From an uncultured Colwellia sp. (GTDB lineage: Bacteria > Pseudomonadota > Gammaproteobacteria > Enterobacterales > Alteromonadaceae): a stretch of 52,007 nt of DNA. The DNA lies in assembly GCA_963933725.1 (NCBI GenBank), contig CAWVWK010000001.1, positions 1-52,007 on the forward strand, written 5' to 3'. The notes under the pieces are model-generated. The model was not told the DNA's origin and did not search any database. It was given only the letters and a program-made list of their open reading frames with translations. Position numbers and translations under genes: made by a program. Positions 43,679 through 52,007 of the stretch are shown piece by piece; within the stretch, counting starts at the first letter, position 1, and each line of letters starts with the position of its first letter.

Positions 43679-45426
43679 TTTTCTATTAACCAACTTTTTG
43701 CTACTTGTGAGGAAAGTTCCGGCTCGTTTGCTACAAGCGCTCGAACAGCTTTAAGGACATCTTCATCTCGGTGTAAATCTGGTAATTGCAAACTACCATC
43801 TGAAGCGAACCCAACATCGCCGACATCAAAATCATTAGAGATTAAGTCCATGCTTTCATCGCCTAAATCAATATGACTATCAAGAGATTTATCGCCATAA
43901 TCTGACGGTTCTGAATCGGGATAAACAAGACGTTTTAACATGGGTCTAACAACGGCTAAGATTAAAATCATAATAACAAGCGCGCCCATTACCAGTTTTA
44001 ATATTTTGAAAAACCATGGCTCTTGCCAAAAGTCGATATCAATAATGGGCTCTAATTCAGCACGCATAAATGAAATTGAAATAACTTCAACCACATCTCC
44101 GCGCTGTAAATCAAAACCAATACTACCTTGCAATAATCGTCTAATGTTTGCTATTTCTATTTCTGAGCGTGGAATAAATGCAGAGGCTTGGCTGGCAGCT
44201 TCGCTATCTGCATCCTTAATGGGCGCACTTGCTGATGAAGGGATATAGTCTAAAGCGACAGAAACACTAACTCTTCTTACAATACCTGATTGCTGTTTTG
44301 TATGACTTATTGCCTCATCTAACTCATAATTTTTAGTTATTTCTGAACGTTTACTACTTGGTATACTTGCCTTGTTCGGACCTTGATTAGCATCTTCAGG
44401 AATAGCTGTTTCTAAAGGAGGTTGATTAGATAGCGCTCCAGGTATACCACTTGACACTCCACCGAACTCATTATTTTCAATTTTCATCTCACTTCGTAAT
44501 GCCGGCAGCTCAGAATTATATCGACGCTGTGTCTCTTCTGTATTGGTAAAGTCCATCGCAATATCAACTTGAGCAGTATAATTGCCAAGGCCTACAACTG
44601 GGATTAAAATACTATCAATTTTATTTAAATATTCTTGTTCTCTTTTTTGTTCAATTTCAAACTCTTTACGAGAACGAGCTGACATAGTGTTTTGCGAACC
44701 AGAGTTTAGTAATCTACCATTTTGATCTGTTACCGTGACACGACTAGGCGTTAAGCTTTGTACAGAAGAAGCAATAATATCAACAACTGCATCAACCTCC
44801 TCTTCTGATAAAACATTTCCATTTTTAAGTGTAAGAACCGCTGTTGCTGATGGCTTTTTGGTTTTTCTAGCAAAAATATTTTCTTTAGGAATAGCCAACA
44901 AAACCTTAGCTCTTGATACACTTTTCAGTTGCTCGATTGTTTTAGCTATTTGTTGTTCTCGACCGAACTTTAACCTTTCCATTTCCAGTCGTTGGCTAAC
45001 ACCAAACCCCATATCTTTCATTAAAACTTCGCCACCATCAGACGGCTCATTTGTTAACCCTTCTCTAGCTAATATAAGTTTTATTTCTTGATATTTTTCA
45101 ATAGGAACAGAAATTGTATTATGTTCTAATTTATAATCCACTTTATTAGAGTCGAGCACATCTAGGGTTTTGATAAGGTCTTCTGTAGGTAATTTAGCTA
45201 GAAATCGATACTCTGCTTCGTTGGCTATAATGATAACGAAAACGGCAATAGCTAAACAGATAGCTAATGCAACAACTAACGTTATTTGTCTGAGAAAGTC
45301 AACATTGCCAAGTTTTTCAGCCATACCAGATTTACGTTCAGGTACGTCATTTTCATTTGTATCTTTTACCACCAAGTCGCCACTTTCTTCTACGGGGACC
45401 ATCGCGTTGTCTGCTGTATCTGCCAA
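43675..45426 (-). CDS. fliF: Flagellar MS-ring protein FliF
   Basis: Two TM helices, GFGVSQRLE, VTVTDQNGRLL and GIPGALSNQPP. TTG start with GGAG upstream. Confidence 0.97.
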   Translation of the reverse strand: MADTADNAMVPVEESGDLVVKDTNENDVPERKSGMAEKLGNVDFLRQITLVVALAICLAIAVFVIIIANEAEYRFLAKLPTEDLIKTLDVLDSNKVDYKLEHNTISVPIEKYQEIKLILAREGLTNEPSDGGEVLMKDMGFGVSQRLEMERLKFGREQQIAKTIEQLKSVSRAKVLLAIPKENIFARKTKKPSATAVLTLKNGNVLSEEEVDAVVDIIASSVQSLTPSRVTVTDQNGRLLNSGSQNTMSARSRKEFEIEQKREQEYLNKIDSILIPVVGLGNYTAQVDIAMDFTNTEETQRRYNSELPALRSEMKIENNEFGGVSSGIPGALSNQPPLETAIPEDANQGPNKASIPSSKRSEITKNYELDEAISHTKQQSGIVRRVSVSVALDYIPSSASAPIKDADSEAASQASAFIPRSEIEIANIRRLLQGSIGFDLQRGDVVEVISISFMRAELEPIIDIDFWQEPWFFKILKLVMGALVIMILILAVVRPMLKRLVYPDSEPSDYGDKSLDSHIDLGDESMDLISNDFDVGDVGFASDGSLQLPDLHRDEDVLKAVRALVANEPELSSQVAKSWLIEK

Positions 45427-45500
45427 CTTACTTCTCCAATAACAACCTAAGAAACAATGATTTTTTACTTATAAACTTTAAAAAGAACTCTGTGTTGTCA

Positions 45501-45860
45501 CTACACAGGCATACTCATAATTTCTTTATATGCTTCGACAAACTTATTTCTTACTTGAATCGTTGCATCCAAAGCGATGCCTGATTTAGCTGAGGTTGTC
45601 ATAACATCCGCCAAAGTAATATTTCGATCGCCCATTTCAAATGCCACTTTCTTAGCGCCTGATTCTTGTTGTAGTTCATGCACGGTCTGTAAAGCACCTG
45701 TCAGCAGATCCCCAAAATCTCGACCACTATTATTAGTCACTGAAACTGAGTTTGTATTTTCTACTTTATCAAGTTGCGCTAAAGACTGTGGATTCCCAGA
45801 AGCTTGCAAAGACATTTGTTGCATTTGAGCGAATAAGGAGTTCGATTTAATATCCATCAT
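45501..45860 (-). CDS. fliE: Hook-basal body protein FliE
   Basis: C-terminal QVRNKFVEAYKEIMSMPV. Confidence 0.96.
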   Translation of the reverse strand: MMDIKSNSLFAQMQQMSLQASGNPQSLAQLDKVENTNSVSVTNNSGRDFGDLLTGALQTVHELQQESGAKKVAFEMGDRNITLADVMTTSAKSGIALDATIQVRNKFVEAYKEIMSMPV

Positions 45861-45995
45861 GTATCTCGCATTAATTTAAAATTTGATTCAATACATTTGC
45901 TTTCTGTTGCTTAATTTAGTACTTGGTTTTATGACTAAATGACTTCACAAAATTTGACCTATAACAGGGTATTGCAAACATAATGTCAGAGTATT

Positions 45996-46010
45996 GCAAG
46001 CATAATGCCA
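45996..46010 (-). promoter_or_regulatory. sigma54 promoter of the fliE operon, with a degenerate tandem copy at 45974-45988
   Basis: Minus strand TGGCATTATGCTTGC. The copy reads TGACATTATGTTTGC. Confidence 0.85.
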
Positions 46011-46048
46011 GAGTATAGCGTCAAAAATACCACGTTAAAAGAGCACCC

Positions 46049-47572
46049 TTATGCTGGAATTTCAATACCATTATCACGCATTCTAGCTAACTTATATCTT
46101 AAAGTTCTGGGGCTAATTCCTAATCTTTCAGCAACGGCTTTCCTACTTCCTTGGCAAGCATGCAAGGTTTCCAAAATGATCTGGTGTTCTTGAATTTTTA
46201 ATTCGTTTCCTAACTTCTCTGGTTTACTCGGTATTTGCTTATCAGGGGCCAATCCACTTGGAGTCTTATCATCAATACTTTCATTATTACACTCGCTTAC
46301 TTTGTTCTGATAAGGAGGTAAATTATGAATTGAACTTACCGTTTTGCTGGGGATATTCATATTACTTATGCTATTTAAGCTTTCTAAAGAATGCCTTTTG
46401 TTGGGCTGCGTTATTTCAAATTGTTCAATAAGAAGATCATCCATATCAATGTCGTTACCCGAGGAGACAATAAGTGCACGTTGAATGACATTGTCTAATT
46501 CTCTGACATTACCTGGCCAGTGATATGCTTTGAGTTTTTCCTGTGCTGCATGGGTAAAACTTAATACCTTTTCATGATGCTTTAAATCACAAAGTCCGAC
46601 ACTGTGATGCAAAACAAGGTGCTGAGCTAATGGTAAAATATCATCAGGTCTATCGCATAAAGGTAGCCAAGTAAGTGGGAATACATTTAACCGATAATAT
46701 AGATCTTCCCTAAAAATTCCTGCTTGAACAGCTTCAATTAAATTCCTGTTGCTTGTCGCTATAACGCGTACATCCAATCTAATCGTTTTACGACCACCTA
46801 GACGCTCAACCTCTCTCTCTTGTAGAACACGTAAAATTTTAGCTTGTAAGTTCAAGTCCATTTCTGTAATTTCATCAAGTAAAATAGTACCTCCTTGTGC
46901 TTGTTCAAATTTGCCAGGACAAGCCTGGATAGCACCAGTAAAAGCCCCTTTTTCATAACCAAATAAAGTGGCTTCAAGCATATTCTCAGGAATTGCGGCA
47001 CAATTTATTGCAACAAAGGCTTCGCTTGCTCTCGCTGATAAGTTGTGAACATATTGCGCTAAAACTTCTTTACCTGAACCACTTGGGCCTAAGATCATCA
47101 CAGATGCATCCGTGGTTGCGACTTTTTTAGCTAAGTTTAATAAATCAAGACTTTGCTTATCTTTAGCAACTGGCAGACTAGTATTAATTTGTTTAGGGGG
47201 AATATATTGGCTGATCATATTTAATAACATGTCGGCTTCAAAAGGCTTTGCTATATAATTGCAAGCTCCGAACTGCATAGCTTCCACTGCATCATCAATT
47301 GTGCCGTAGGCTGTCATGAGTAATACCGGAATATTTGGATATGTCGCTTTTATACTCTTTAATAGAGACAACCCTGTCATACCTCCCATTTGTACATCGC
47401 TTATAATGATATCGATTTGATGCTGCTCAAGTTTCAGTTTCTTCATTAGTACTAAAGCTGTTTCTCCAGAATCAGCCTCATTACAGAGGTAACCGCCAAG
47501 TGTTAAAGTATCAACTAAAGCTTCTCTTAACCCTTCATCATCCTCTACAACTAAAATCTTATGCTTATTCAT
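46049..47572 (-). CDS. flrC: sigma54-dependent response regulator FlrC/FleR
   Basis: Receiver domain (VVEDD, SDVQM), AAA+ GPSGSGKE and GAFTGA, HTH ending LGISPRTLRYKL. Probable start MNKHK at 47572, overlapping the flrB end. Confidence 0.95.
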   Translation of the reverse strand: MNKHKILVVEDDEGLREALVDTLTLGGYLCNEADSGETALVLMKKLKLEQHQIDIIISDVQMGGMTGLSLLKSIKATYPNIPVLLMTAYGTIDDAVEAMQFGACNYIAKPFEADMLLNMISQYIPPKQINTSLPVAKDKQSLDLLNLAKKVATTDASVMILGPSGSGKEVLAQYVHNLSARASEAFVAINCAAIPENMLEATLFGYEKGAFTGAIQACPGKFEQAQGGTILLDEITEMDLNLQAKILRVLQEREVERLGGRKTIRLDVRVIATSNRNLIEAVQAGIFREDLYYRLNVFPLTWLPLCDRPDDILPLAQHLVLHHSVGLCDLKHHEKVLSFTHAAQEKLKAYHWPGNVRELDNVIQRALIVSSGNDIDMDDLLIEQFEITQPNKRHSLESLNSISNMNIPSKTVSSIHNLPPYQNKVSECNNESIDDKTPSGLAPDKQIPSKPEKLGNELKIQEHQIILETLHACQGSRKAVAERLGISPRTLRYKLARMRDNGIEIPA

Positions 47573-48917
47573 TGTTTCGCTCCTTATTTTGCATCGACTC
47601 TTCGAGTTTATTCGCATCTATTAAAGGTAAAGTTAAACAAAAATGTGCTCCTTCGCCCGTATCGCTTAATAGAGCAACACTACCTTGATGAGCATTTAGT
47701 ACTGATTTAACAACAGCTAAGCCTAAACCGGTGCCTTGTATGCTTGATGTATAGAAAGGCTGGAAAATTTTATTCTTCAGTTCGGTAGATATGCCTACAC
47801 CATTATCCTTCACACTGATATACGCATTGTTTTTTTGACAATAAACCTGAATGGTTATCTCCACACCTGAAATTTGGTCGTTTTCCTCAAGTTGTACATA
47901 TGCCTGTAAGGCATTATGAATAAGGTTTTGAATCGCACCACTAAGCGCACTTTTATTCGCCAATATATAATGTTCTTTTTCACAATATTGAACTTTCACT
48001 CTGCCATTCTCTTTATTGACAATAACTTCCATGGCATTAACGGCATCTTTTATGAGTGCATTAACTGATAAGGGTGAAACCACTTGCTCTTTACCACTTT
48101 TAGAAAATAGCAACATATCGTTAACTCTTTGCTCAAGGTCTTGTAATCGCGAATGAAGTTTTTCTTGAAAGGATAATCTATTTGAATCTGATAATAACGA
48201 TTTACTTAAATTGGCACTATAAAGCATCGCCGCTGAGAGTGGTGTTCTTATTTGATGTGCTAGACTCGACACCATTCTTCCTAATGAAGATAAACGTTGT
48301 AATTGGCCTAGCTTATCTTGCAGTAAACGCGTTTGAGTAAGGTCGGTGATAATAATCAATTGCCCTGGTTTATCTGCTAAGGCGCTTATTTCTAATTTTA
48401 CACGCTGACCACTTTTTAAAGAGACTTCGTGGCCATCATCTTCTCTTGGTTGAAATACATTATTAATAATTGTTAACCAACGCAGACCTGTTAAAGATAG
48501 CTTTTGAGGTAAATCATTTGAATTTAATGCTTCGGATTTATTGTTATGACACAATAGTTTGGTTGCCACTTGGTTTGATCTCATCACAATACCATTGCCA
48601 TCTAAAACCACTAATCCTGTTGGCATAGCATCAATCATTTGTGTTGCTTCTAAAGCATTTTGCCTTAATAGAGCTAACTCGCCTTTAAAACCTTCCACCT
48701 CTAATGTGCCAATCTCATCATCTAATACATCTACATCTTCATTAGGTGAAGTTTCTGAGAAAGTTTTTTGTTTGATGTTCTTACTCAAACTTGTATTATT
48801 TTGATGTTCATTTAAAAAGCATTTAGACCTGTAATGATTGTAGGCATCACTTGAAGACGGCGGCGATACAAGCTGATTATCGTTATGTTCATCTAATGTA
48901 GGTAGTGCTGAAGCCAT
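47565..48917 (-). CDS. flrB: Cytoplasmic PAS histidine kinase FlrB/FleS
   Basis: PAS domain (MPTGLVVLDGNG...DDGHEVSL), H-box LAHQIRTPL, NLIHNA, DNGVG and GTGLGL. Start moved to ATG 48917 because the longer ORF runs through the sigma54 promoter. Confidence 0.94.
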   Translation of the reverse strand: MASALPTLDEHNDNQLVSPPSSSDAYNHYRSKCFLNEHQNNTSLSKNIKQKTFSETSPNEDVDVLDDEIGTLEVEGFKGELALLRQNALEATQMIDAMPTGLVVLDGNGIVMRSNQVATKLLCHNNKSEALNSNDLPQKLSLTGLRWLTIINNVFQPREDDGHEVSLKSGQRVKLEISALADKPGQLIIITDLTQTRLLQDKLGQLQRLSSLGRMVSSLAHQIRTPLSAAMLYSANLSKSLLSDSNRLSFQEKLHSRLQDLEQRVNDMLLFSKSGKEQVVSPLSVNALIKDAVNAMEVIVNKENGRVKVQYCEKEHYILANKSALSGAIQNLIHNALQAYVQLEENDQISGVEITIQVYCQKNNAYISVKDNGVGISTELKNKIFQPFYTSSIQGTGLGLAVVKSVLNAHQGSVALLSDTGEGAHFCLTLPLIDANKLEESMQNKERNNE

Positions 48918-48958
48918 AAGTTTACCACTTTGTTTAAATATCTTATGGGGGAGTATTT

Positions 48959-48973
48959 GCATTATGCATGCCA
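48959..48973 (-). promoter_or_regulatory. sigma54 promoter of flrBC
   Basis: Minus strand TGGCATGCATAATGC. Confidence 0.8.
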
Positions 48974-49022
48974 ATAAAAACGACATGGTTTTATATTGAT
49001 TTTCATAAAGATATATAAAAAT

Positions 49023-49054
49023 TAAAGGCTAGCCAATTAATTGACTAGCCTTTA
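49023..49054 (-). terminator. flrA terminator hairpin containing an FlrA/FleQ-type box
   Basis: Minus strand TAAAGGCTAGTCAA-TTAA-TTGGCTAGCCTTTA followed by ATTTTT. The centre is GTCAATTAATTGGC. Confidence 0.7.
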
Positions 49055-49084
49055 TATAGCTTGTAAAAAATGCCTAAATACAGC

Positions 49085-50641
49085 TTAGGCTGTTTCTTTG
49101 TTTAAGTTATATTTACGCATTTTTTCTACTAACGTTGTTCTTCGCATCCCTAGCATTTCAGCAGCCCTTGCAACGACCCATTGTTGTTTAATGAGTGCCT
49201 GAAAAATTAATGAAACCTCTAGCCCTGCTAGGTGCTCTTTCAGATTCACCCCTTGTGCAGGGAGCACATCTTCAGATGAGAGAGTCTTGGCTTCACCTTG
49301 ACTCTCACTTTCATCAACCGACTCTTGCTTATCGATTGAGGCATCTTCATCTTTTGCCTGCTCAGAAAAAAGATCGTTAATCACATCTTGCTCTTGCATA
49401 TGATTAAGCGCTTCAGGATACTCTGGTTGGTAAGGCTCCATTTTAAAATGTTGATATTTTTTAGGTAACTGTGCGCCATCAACCACTTGCTCTGAATACA
49501 TAATTAGCATTCTTTCAATTAAGTTCGATAATTCTCTGACATTTCCCGACCAAGGGTGCTTTATTAAAGATTCAATCGCTTTTTGTGTAAAACGTAATGT
49601 CTTGCCCTGTTCTCGTTTAAAACGGTTAAGCAGCTCTTTTAATAGAAAAGGAATATCTTCACTTCGTTCTCTAAGAGCCGGTGTTTCTATTGGGAATACA
49701 TTGAGTCTATAAAATAAATCTTCCCGAAAGTCTCCACTTTTAATCATCTCTTCTAACTTTTGATGAGTAGCTGCCACAATACGAACATTTGCTTTGATAC
49801 TTTTAACCCCACCTACACGCTCAAAGGTCCGTTCTTGTAGAACCCTTAAAAGCTTCACTTGCATAGGTTGTGGCATATCACCTATTTCATCTAAAAATAA
49901 AGTACCTCCTTCAGCCATTTCAAATCGTCCCTTACGCATTGAAATAGCCCCCGTAAACGCGCCTTTCTCATGGCCGAATAACTCGCTCTCTAATAAGTCT
50001 GCTGGAATCGCACCACAATTTACAGGAACAAACGGCCCTTTAGCTCTTTCTGACAAGTTATGAATATTTCTTGCGACAACCTCCTTCCCTGTACCTGACT
50101 CACCTAAAATAAGTACACTTGCTGTTGTTGCGGCTACCTGTTCAATTAAAGCTCTTAATTGTGCCATAGCCTCACTAACACCGACTAAACTTCTAAATAA
50201 GGCGGCAGATGTATAATTCGCAGCACATATAGGGAGGTTGTTATGGTATTGATGACAATGATGAATAAGCTCTATTAACTGCCCATAATTTAACTTATTT
50301 TCTAACTCGCCAATAATATTCACAAAAGATTTAAGCGAATCAGTGTCATTGACTTTATGTAAAATAAAAGGAATCTGAGGGTGCTCTTTTATCAATTTTT
50401 CTGTCGATTGAGAAATATCTCCAGCGAGAATAACCGTTAAAATTTTATCACTTTCATTAAAAAAAGTATTTGCTTGTTCATGTGTGCATTGTTTGAAATG
50501 CTCACCCACAAAAGATAAAATAGTTGTGATATGTTTCGTTCTTTCACAATCATTATCTATAATAAGGATTTGATTATGACCATGCTTAGGAGTCGGTAAT
50601 TCAGAATGTGAAAGTTTTATTTCTTTTTCTAATGTCGTCAT
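49085..50641 (-). CDS. flrA: Flagellar master regulator FlrA/FleQ
   Basis: Atypical receiver domain, [21 protein letters not shown] and [18 protein letters not shown]. Confidence 0.96.
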   Translation of the reverse strand: MTTLEKEIKLSHSELPTPKHGHNQILIIDNDCERTKHITTILSFVGEHFKQCTHEQANTFFNESDKILTVILAGDISQSTEKLIKEHPQIPFILHKVNDTDSLKSFVNIIGELENKLNYGQLIELIHHCHQYHNNLPICAANYTSAALFRSLVGVSEAMAQLRALIEQVAATTASVLILGESGTGKEVVARNIHNLSERAKGPFVPVNCGAIPADLLESELFGHEKGAFTGAISMRKGRFEMAEGGTLFLDEIGDMPQPMQVKLLRVLQERTFERVGGVKSIKANVRIVAATHQKLEEMIKSGDFREDLFYRLNVFPIETPALRERSEDIPFLLKELLNRFKREQGKTLRFTQKAIESLIKHPWSGNVRELSNLIERMLIMYSEQVVDGAQLPKKYQHFKMEPYQPEYPEALNHMQEQDVINDLFSEQAKDEDASIDKQESVDESESQGEAKTLSSEDVLPAQGVNLKEHLAGLEVSLIFQALIKQQWVVARAAEMLGMRRTTLVEKMRKYNLNKETA

Positions 50642-50750
50642 AAATTAAATTCTATTGATTCAGACGCTATTTGCTAAATTACAAATAAGCGATGGGATTG
50701 AAGTTGAACTTATAACCTTAGTTCAAAAAAATAAGATCGCAAATTAAAAC

Positions 50751-50784
50751 ACCAAAAAGTTGACGCAAAAGTCATTAAATTGAC
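50751..50784. promoter_or_regulatory. Tandem FleQ/FlrA-type boxes between flrA and fliS
   Basis: GTCATTAAATTGAC (50771-50784) fits the Pseudomonas FleQ consensus GTCAnTAAATTGAC. A weaker ACCAAAAAGTTGAC lies at 50751-50764. Confidence 0.65.
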
Positions 50785-50918
50785 TTTAAAAATCATGTTG
50801 CTTTTTTAGCTATAAATTTTTCTAATCAATTGAGAAATAATGATAAACCATCTTTTTTAGTGAAAATTAACTTACTGGTACAGCTCTTCTTAATGAGACT
50901 TAAATCTTTTTTATAAAT

Positions 50919-50933
50919 TGGCACACTAGATGC
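50919..50933 (+). promoter_or_regulatory. sigma54 promoter of fliS
   Basis: TGGCACACTAGATGC with GG-N10-GC spacing. Confidence 0.78.
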
Positions 50934-50983
50934 TTACCTTTTTATTCCAATTATTGATCTTATTTAAACCCAAAGGATTAGCA

Positions 50984-51376
50984 ATGAGAGCATCTATACA
51001 GAAATACAAAAATGCTAATGTTGATAATGTCGCTGATGCAAGTCCGCATCAACTGATCAGCATTATCTTCAAACATATTTTATCGAACGTTGCTATTGCA
51101 AGTGGCGCGATTTCAAGAAATGAAATTGAAAACAAAGGCAAATGTTTAACTAAAGCTATCGCCTTAGTAGGTGAATTACAAGATAGTTTAGACATGGAAA
51201 AAGGAGGCGAAATATCTCAAAATTTATTTGATTTATACGACTACATCGTCCGGATTCTTGTTGAAGCTAATGCACATAATAAGATAGAAAAATTAGATGA
51301 AGTGAAACGACTCATCAGTGATATAAAATCAAGTTGGGACGCTATTCCTGTAGAGAATAGGGTTAAGGCTGGCTAG
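50984..51376 (+). CDS. fliS: Flagellin export chaperone FliS
   Basis: KY.......ASPHQLI, LQDSLDMEKGGEISQNLFDLYDY and IKSSWDAIP. Start ATG 50984 follows AAGGA. Confidence 0.95.
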   Translation: MRASIQKYKNANVDNVADASPHQLISIIFKHILSNVAIASGAISRNEIENKGKCLTKAIALVGELQDSLDMEKGGEISQNLFDLYDYIVRILVEANAHNKIEKLDEVKRLISDIKSSWDAIPVENRVKAG

Positions 51377-51434
51377 TAAATTACTTTACATACTCTCATT
51401 ATTAATCCAATTTAAATAAAGAGTCAAAATCAAC

Positions 51435-51737
51435 ATGATGACAGCAATAGAATGCGATATTGATTTTATACTAAAAAAAACCAACCAACTTTTTAAAGTG
51501 GTTGAAAATAAACAGTATCACCTCATTGAAAGTAAGGAGTTAATAAGGAAGCACTTGATAGATCAATTTTTTATAGACTATTTACCCGAAGAAATCGTCA
51601 CCGTTAATGACAAGCTGGACAAGCTCATTGAACTTTCTTCTTCATTAACACAACAATGTGAGAATTTATTCCAGCAAACAAAAGACAATATATTAAAAGT
51701 AAAAAAATCGGATCAAGCCATAAAAGCGTATAGATAG
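51435..51737 (+). CDS. Small helical protein, probable FliT-like flagellar chaperone
   Basis: 100 aa, helical, ends KKSDQAIKAYR like FliT-family proteins, and lies directly after fliS. The assignment is inference. Confidence 0.55.
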   Translation: MMTAIECDIDFILKKTNQLFKVVENKQYHLIESKELIRKHLIDQFFIDYLPEEIVTVNDKLDKLIELSSSLTQQCENLFQQTKDNILKVKKSDQAIKAYR

Positions 51738-51875
51738 ATGCTTAAAGTTAAAAACACTATCTATTACCGGGTTCTATATAGCACTTAATTAATCCCCTCC
51801 TTTAATTTGCACATCATAGATATACCTTTTCAATTAATGCCTATGTCAAACTCATAATCTATCAATATTTTTACA

Positions 51876-52007
51876 GTAAGCGTCTGGGGAAAGGCATCTA
51901 AACAACAATTTTTTTTCAGGCTAAGGTACTTCAAACAATTACTTGGAGTACCTCATGAGAATATTTCGCAACCAAGCGCAATGGCAAACCCTTATAGAAG
52001 ATCAACA
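51876..52007 (+). mobile_element. Left end of an IS66-family insertion sequence (cut by the window edge)
   Basis: Begins GTAAGCGTC, the typical IS66 terminal repeat, and is followed 79 nt later by a TnpA-like start. Confidence 0.8.
51955..52007 (+). CDS. tnpA: IS66 accessory protein TnpA, N-terminus (partial)
   Basis: GGAG RBS, then MRIFRNQAQWQTLIEDQ, which fits the R..xQW..LI..Q N-terminus of IS66 TnpA proteins. Confidence 0.72.
   Translation, partial: MRIFRNQAQWQTLIEDQ

Noticed and set aside
48918-48986. N-terminal extensions given by the ORF track for flrB (and likewise fliS from 50930)
   Set aside because: They overlap sigma54 promoter elements, so the downstream ATGs are the likelier starts.
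51955-52007. Flagellin start after fliS and the FliT-like gene
   Set aside because: The peptide lacks the flagellin INTN-type N-terminus, no sigma28 promoter is visible, and an IS66-type end precedes it.

Overview
AT-rich chromosomal window from a marine gammaproteobacterium. Protein style and gene order suggest Alteromonadales, probably Colwelliaceae (inference). It is almost all core genome. In order: a decayed receiver-domain pseudogene; recR-htpG-adk; a small redox block (MAPEG protein, msrQP, glutaredoxin-like protein); rpiA-serA; a Yip1/YohC membrane protein; the conserved fabB-pdxB-asd-fimV-truA-accD-folC-dedD-cvpA-purF run (minus strand); an mnmC gene encoding only the FAD oxidase half; napEFDABC; the polar flagellar block flrABC-fliEFGHIJKLMNOPQR-flhB (minus strand, no flhA after it); a divergent fliS plus FliT-like gene; and the left end of an IS66 element at the window edge, which the ORF track misses. 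I saw no rRNA, tRNA, CRISPR array, prophage or defence island, and I cannot support a wholly new multi-gene system. The best leads are the methyltransferase-less MnmC and its odd upstream spacer, a 135-nt imperfect palindrome after htpG, a structured region upstream of msrP, a tandemly duplicated sigma54 promoter, a flrA terminator that contains an FlrA/FleQ-type box, and the rearranged flagellar cluster edges. All calls are by eye, with no database searches.
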